A DNA stretch of 54,594 nt from Macrostomum lignano (Eukaryota), in contig NIVC01001044.1 of NCBI GenBank assembly GCA_002269645.1, positions 101,052 to 155,645 on the forward strand, written 5' to 3'. Both the position numbers and the translations under genes were made by a program. The notes under the pieces were generated by a model that saw only the letters and a program-made list of their open reading frames with translations, was not told the DNA's origin and made no database searches. Positions 44,233 to 54,594 of this stretch are shown here, in pieces; position 1 is the first letter of the stretch; the number at the start of each line of letters is the position of its first letter.

Positions 44233-45986
44233 AAAGGCGACTGTTGAGGCCTTCTTCGCTGAGAAAAATTGCCCCACACACCGCGTGCTCTTGGCATGCT
44301 GCCAAACAGCTGAGGACCACTGCGGGCTGCACGTTTTTACATTCCAAAGATTCGAAAACTCGCTTTGAATTCTAAAAGAGGCGTGGGCACTTTTATCAAT
44401 TGCACTCTTACCTGGACCTTCGAATGGCAGCTCCATCACTCGGTCGGCTGCCTCCCTGCGAGTTGTGTCGCCCTCAGCATCTTCTTCACCGCTGTCGATA
44501 CTTGCTGTCGCATCAAGCGACACCGCCAACCGAGGAAGTTTCGGCCTCCGTCCGGATCCACCGTCTTCATGATCGCCAGTCCGAAGACCTCTAGTGGCCA
44601 TCGGCGGCTGGTCTTCTACTAGTGGTGGTAGAAACCCACCTCTGCCGTCGTCCGGCCTCGCCGGTCGCTCCCAGTCAGGGGGTTCGAATTCCGGACCAAA
44701 GTGCTCGCCTTGCATGGCAAGACTGCCGCCTCCACCAGCGCCGGAGCGCCTTGCCCGCTGCTGCAGTATTCGTTGCCGGCGCACGTTTTTATCCTGCAGA
44801 CGCTTTTGACGAATCCTTTCGAAAATTCGTTCGTCCTCTGGCGAGAACTCTTCCCTTGTGACTCCACCGGCGCCGCTGTCCCCCTCTTCGCGTAGCGCGT
44901 TTGTGTCACGATCCAGCAGGCTGCGGACCGCGTGCACCATGTCGAAGGGGCCTTCACCTGAAGAGGCGTCGGCTGGGCCTTCGCCGGACTCAGAGGCTTT
45001 CGCTTCCTGGACGGTGGGTTGGAAGAAGAGAGCACAAGCTCAGTGGACGCATGTAAAAACATCGTAGAGTTCTAGTAGAAAACTCACTTTCAATAAAATA
45101 TTTTTTAAATAATCTGTTTTCCTGAACTGTGCTTCGATATAAAAAACTTGAAATTAGTCTTGTTGATTAATGCGCAAATGCGAGAGAAGCAACTGGTACC
45201 TGTGCTCGAGATAAGCCGTAGTTGAGCGCCGACTTTACCAGTAGTTTTGATAGAATCCCTTTTTGCGTCTCTTTGTCTAGCTCAGAGTACTTCACAAGCT
45301 CCGCTTTGTCTTCCGAAAACACCTGGATGTCGCCTCGGCTGAGACCGTCATCTTTAAGGGGTGGAAAGTGATTGAATGCATGTAGGTGCAGCAAATTCAA
45401 GAAAAAGAGCATTATAAAAACATTGCAGAAAACTCACCGGACACCTCTTTCTTACTCCAAATAAAAGAGTACTCGTTAAGCGGCCCCGGTGCAATCAGCA
45501 TCTGTTTCACGATTCGGTATGGTGCCGGGTACTCGCTGAGGTTGTCGTTTGCACGTTTCTTGAGATGGGGCAGGAAAGCGTTGGTCTGGAAGATGGTCTT
45601 CTCCGATAGCTTTCCCAGGCTTAGCCATGTGTTCACCGTGTCCTCGTCCAAGGTTTTGGTCCAGGAGCCAGGTAACGTCGGGCGGAGAATCCAGGTCGGA
45701 CAACTTTTGGCTCTTGGCTGGATGTTGACGTCATCTGTTGTATGTCCAAGCATACTGATTCGTTTCCTTTGGAACCGAAGTTTAGCACTGTACTAGCCAA
45801 CTCGTCCACCGTGATGGCGGAGAAGGTTCCCTCTGACTGATCTGCGCTGTCGACACTGGAACTTAACCGTCGACCCAGGTGTCGCCTGTGCTTCTTTAGA
45901 ACATGTCTCGCCTTTAGGTTCTCAGATACGATGGACAGATTTCCCTTTTTTGAGGTGACCGTTTTCGGAATTGCAATGGTTGCCAT
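35461..45986 (-). CDS. KIAA2012: KIAA2012-like protein, 12 exons, about 1240 aa, with ER/K single-alpha-helix C-terminal region; one frameshift in exon 1
   Basis: Exons 45986-45438, 45351-45200, 45006-44412, 41069-40842, 40193-40060, 39379-38959, 38874-38509, 38352-38293, 38063-37755, 37533-37021, 36909-36759 and 35710-35461. All junctions are GT-AG and phase-compatible once one base is restored near 45668. IPKTVTSKKGNLSIVSE, RPGFSARRYL and C-terminal SVTRAFEFSYFQLL match motifs recalled from human KIAA2012 (LPKTFSTRKGALILYSE, PGHSAKRYL, ISRPWVYSYFQFL). Confidence 0.82.
35755..36650. repeat. 35-bp minisatellite, about 25 copies, filling the last intron of the KIAA2012-like gene
   Basis: Unit TTGCTCACTGTTGGCAATGGGGTTTGCCACTCGGG, with a GTCACTGAGG variant interspersed. 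Confidence 0.97.
44162..44232. repeat. (CTG/CAG)n trinucleotide repeat, intronic
   Basis: About 23 mostly perfect units. Confidence 0.95.
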
Positions 45987-47905
45987 GTGTAGTGAAAATT
46001 TTAATCAGCTGGGAAAACCAGCTGCATAAGTGAAAGAGGAGTCTGAAGTTTTCACTGACAGCCAAGTTGCGCCAGAGTTAAGAAACGACTGGCGGCGATG
46101 AGTTCAACCCTGAGCAGATTTTCAAATTAAAAGTCGAGTTTTGTTACTAAAGATGATTGAAAAACAAACTAGAAAAATTCGATTAGTTTACTTTGCTGGT
46201 AGCATCTTAATTAGAATATTTCATGCGTAAAAACATTTAAAAGTTTTGTTTTACTTTTACTCAAACTTGCTTCAAATTTAGAGCGCGTGCAGCATTTTTT
46301 TAATTTAAAAAGTTTGTGCTGATTATACAGAAATTTTAAATTATATTTTAAATTTAAAATCTGAAATAAAAAAATGCAATAAAAAATTATTTTTTAAAAC
46401 CCATAGTGAAATTAAGCAACGAAATTCACAGAAAGCGCAGTTTTAAAGCGTAAATAATTAGGTAGATTTATGAAGAAAAATTTGTCGCTTGTGTTTGATG
46501 ACTACGAATGCTATTTAAAAAAATAAATTTAACTAATGAAAGTCTAACTAATAAAAAAATGACCATCAGCTTTTAGCTTTGAAGTTAAACATAAATTCAA
46601 TGCATAAAATTTAAAGGACATGTAACTGTTCCTTGCATAATGCATTAATGCAATGTACGTCTTGATTTTAGTCTTGTAATATTAAAATTCTGATGTCCGT
46701 TAAATAACTTAATAATATTGATGCAACAATTGTTATGTTGGATTTCAGTTGGCTATGCGTTTTACGTATGGTTGACAATTTGACTATGTTGAGTAAGATA
46801 CAGAAAACAGTTTATCTGTATATATTTATTTAATTGTTTGCAAAGGAAATATTTATAGTGTGAGAAATTCTAAGTGCAAAACAATTAATTTGCACGCATC
46901 TTTGCAGTACGTGTTTGGCAGGACAAAAACAGCTGATCATGCTCCCACCACAATTCATGCAGACTATAAATTCATCTAAAACAGATTTGCGAAAACAATT
47001 GTTTGTTTGTTGGACTTTACAGCAACTTTAAACATGTATTCAGCTAATGTACGAGCTACCAGTACGTGGGATTGTTGGACCCTGGCACACTATGGAAATC
47101 ATATATTATTATTTACATGCGATTCTAAGCATGCGAGCCACCCCAGTTTGTTCTACGGCAATGAATTTCAATCTTGAAATATCAATTTGTAAAATTCTTT
47201 CTTAGGTCAAAGTCGGAGCACCGTCTATCCCACAGAATACCTGGTCTATCTAGTCTTGGTGTTTGGCTAAGCCATAGCTGTCCTGTACGCCAGCGCAACC
47301 ACCCACATACAGAAATTGCGAGACTCCCCCCACCTCACTTCCTAACTGAATCCCCACGCCAGCAGATCGGGAAAGCAGTTCGGGATCAACTGTCCACGCG
47401 TGGGGATTGTTATATTGGCAACAGCAACAGCTGCTACTCAAAAAACGCGTCTTTCTGTCTCCTGCTCTTTCTGTGCTCTTTTACGAGCCACACTTCGATC
47501 CCTGCTCAGCCCCAGAGGGACGTGCAAGGTTTAAACGTACTCTTTCCTTTTCTACTCTCTCGCTTGCAAAGAAGGGGAAATATGACACATAAGTCGGATC
47601 CTACGCCGCCCATGAGAGGCAAACCGTTAAAGCGAATCCCTGCCAAAACCTACCTCACCTCGAATTGTCTAATAGCTATCCACTTTAATCCCCATTCGTG
47701 CCTCTACGTCGCTCATGCGTCTAGAATAATCATTTTTTACAAGTCTCACCTCAGCACAGAGAAATCATAAATCTGAGAAGACCCCAGCAATGAATTTGAG
47801 AAGTTTACGTCCAAGCATATCCCAGAAATCTCAACAGTGAATTTTACCCCGCTGATCAAACACGCACAATAGCTACCAGCGTTGAAGCAGCAAAAATCTT
47901 CACTC

Positions 47906-54291
<6,386 letters not shown>

Positions 54292-54594
54292 GTGTGTGGA
54301 AGACTAAAATCTGATTTTGAGATACGTGAAGATTTAATTTTTTGAAGGCCACATTTTTTGACGGCCTGATATATTTTAAGCCCCAATTAACAGTAGAACT
54401 ACCAAGAGGAGGGGAAAAATTCCCCCCCCCCCTGACAATTTTTTTGCTGCGCCGGAACGGAGCAGCGCAGGCACACGAAATTCAAGAACACGGGCTAACT
54501 TTTTGTGTGCACCTTCTAAACAAAAATCAAGTCCCCAGCCCTCCGACCGTCGAGATATTCGACGATTTTGCCAGAAGGTCGGATTTTTCCCATA

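Overview
Eukaryotic (metazoan) genomic DNA with GC-rich spliced exons, poly-Ala-rich proteins and dense tandem repeats. The style suggests a free-living flatworm such as Macrostomum, but this is inference only. Left to right: (1) a compact, young Ty3/Gypsy (Mag-like) LTR retrotransposon (373-4750, minus); (2) a 271-aa helical ORF with a central hydrophobic hairpin, resembling ClyA/HBL-type alpha-pore-forming toxins, whose TAG stop is followed in frame by 33 more coiled-coil codons; (3) a 4-exon secreted F-type lectin + PAN/Apple gene; (4) an unknown low-complexity gene; (5) two inverted tRNA-headed CORE-like SINEs; (6) an intronless sNPF/PrRP/NPF-type neuropeptide GPCR; (7) three tandem cytoplasmic CAP/SCP (GAPR-1/VAL group 2-like) genes, two sharing a 33-nt micro-exon and one having lost 3 of 4 CAP tetrad residues; (8) a 12-exon KIAA2012-like gene; (9) head-to-head with it, a ClC-1/2-branch chloride channel whose gating motif reads GMLGP instead of GKEGP. 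Several single-base indels in short homopolymers interrupt otherwise intact genes and are most simply long-read assembly errors. No CRISPR, rRNA or intact tRNA gene was found. Exon models were built by hand from GT-AG sites and phase continuity. Family assignments come from recalled motifs, not database searches.
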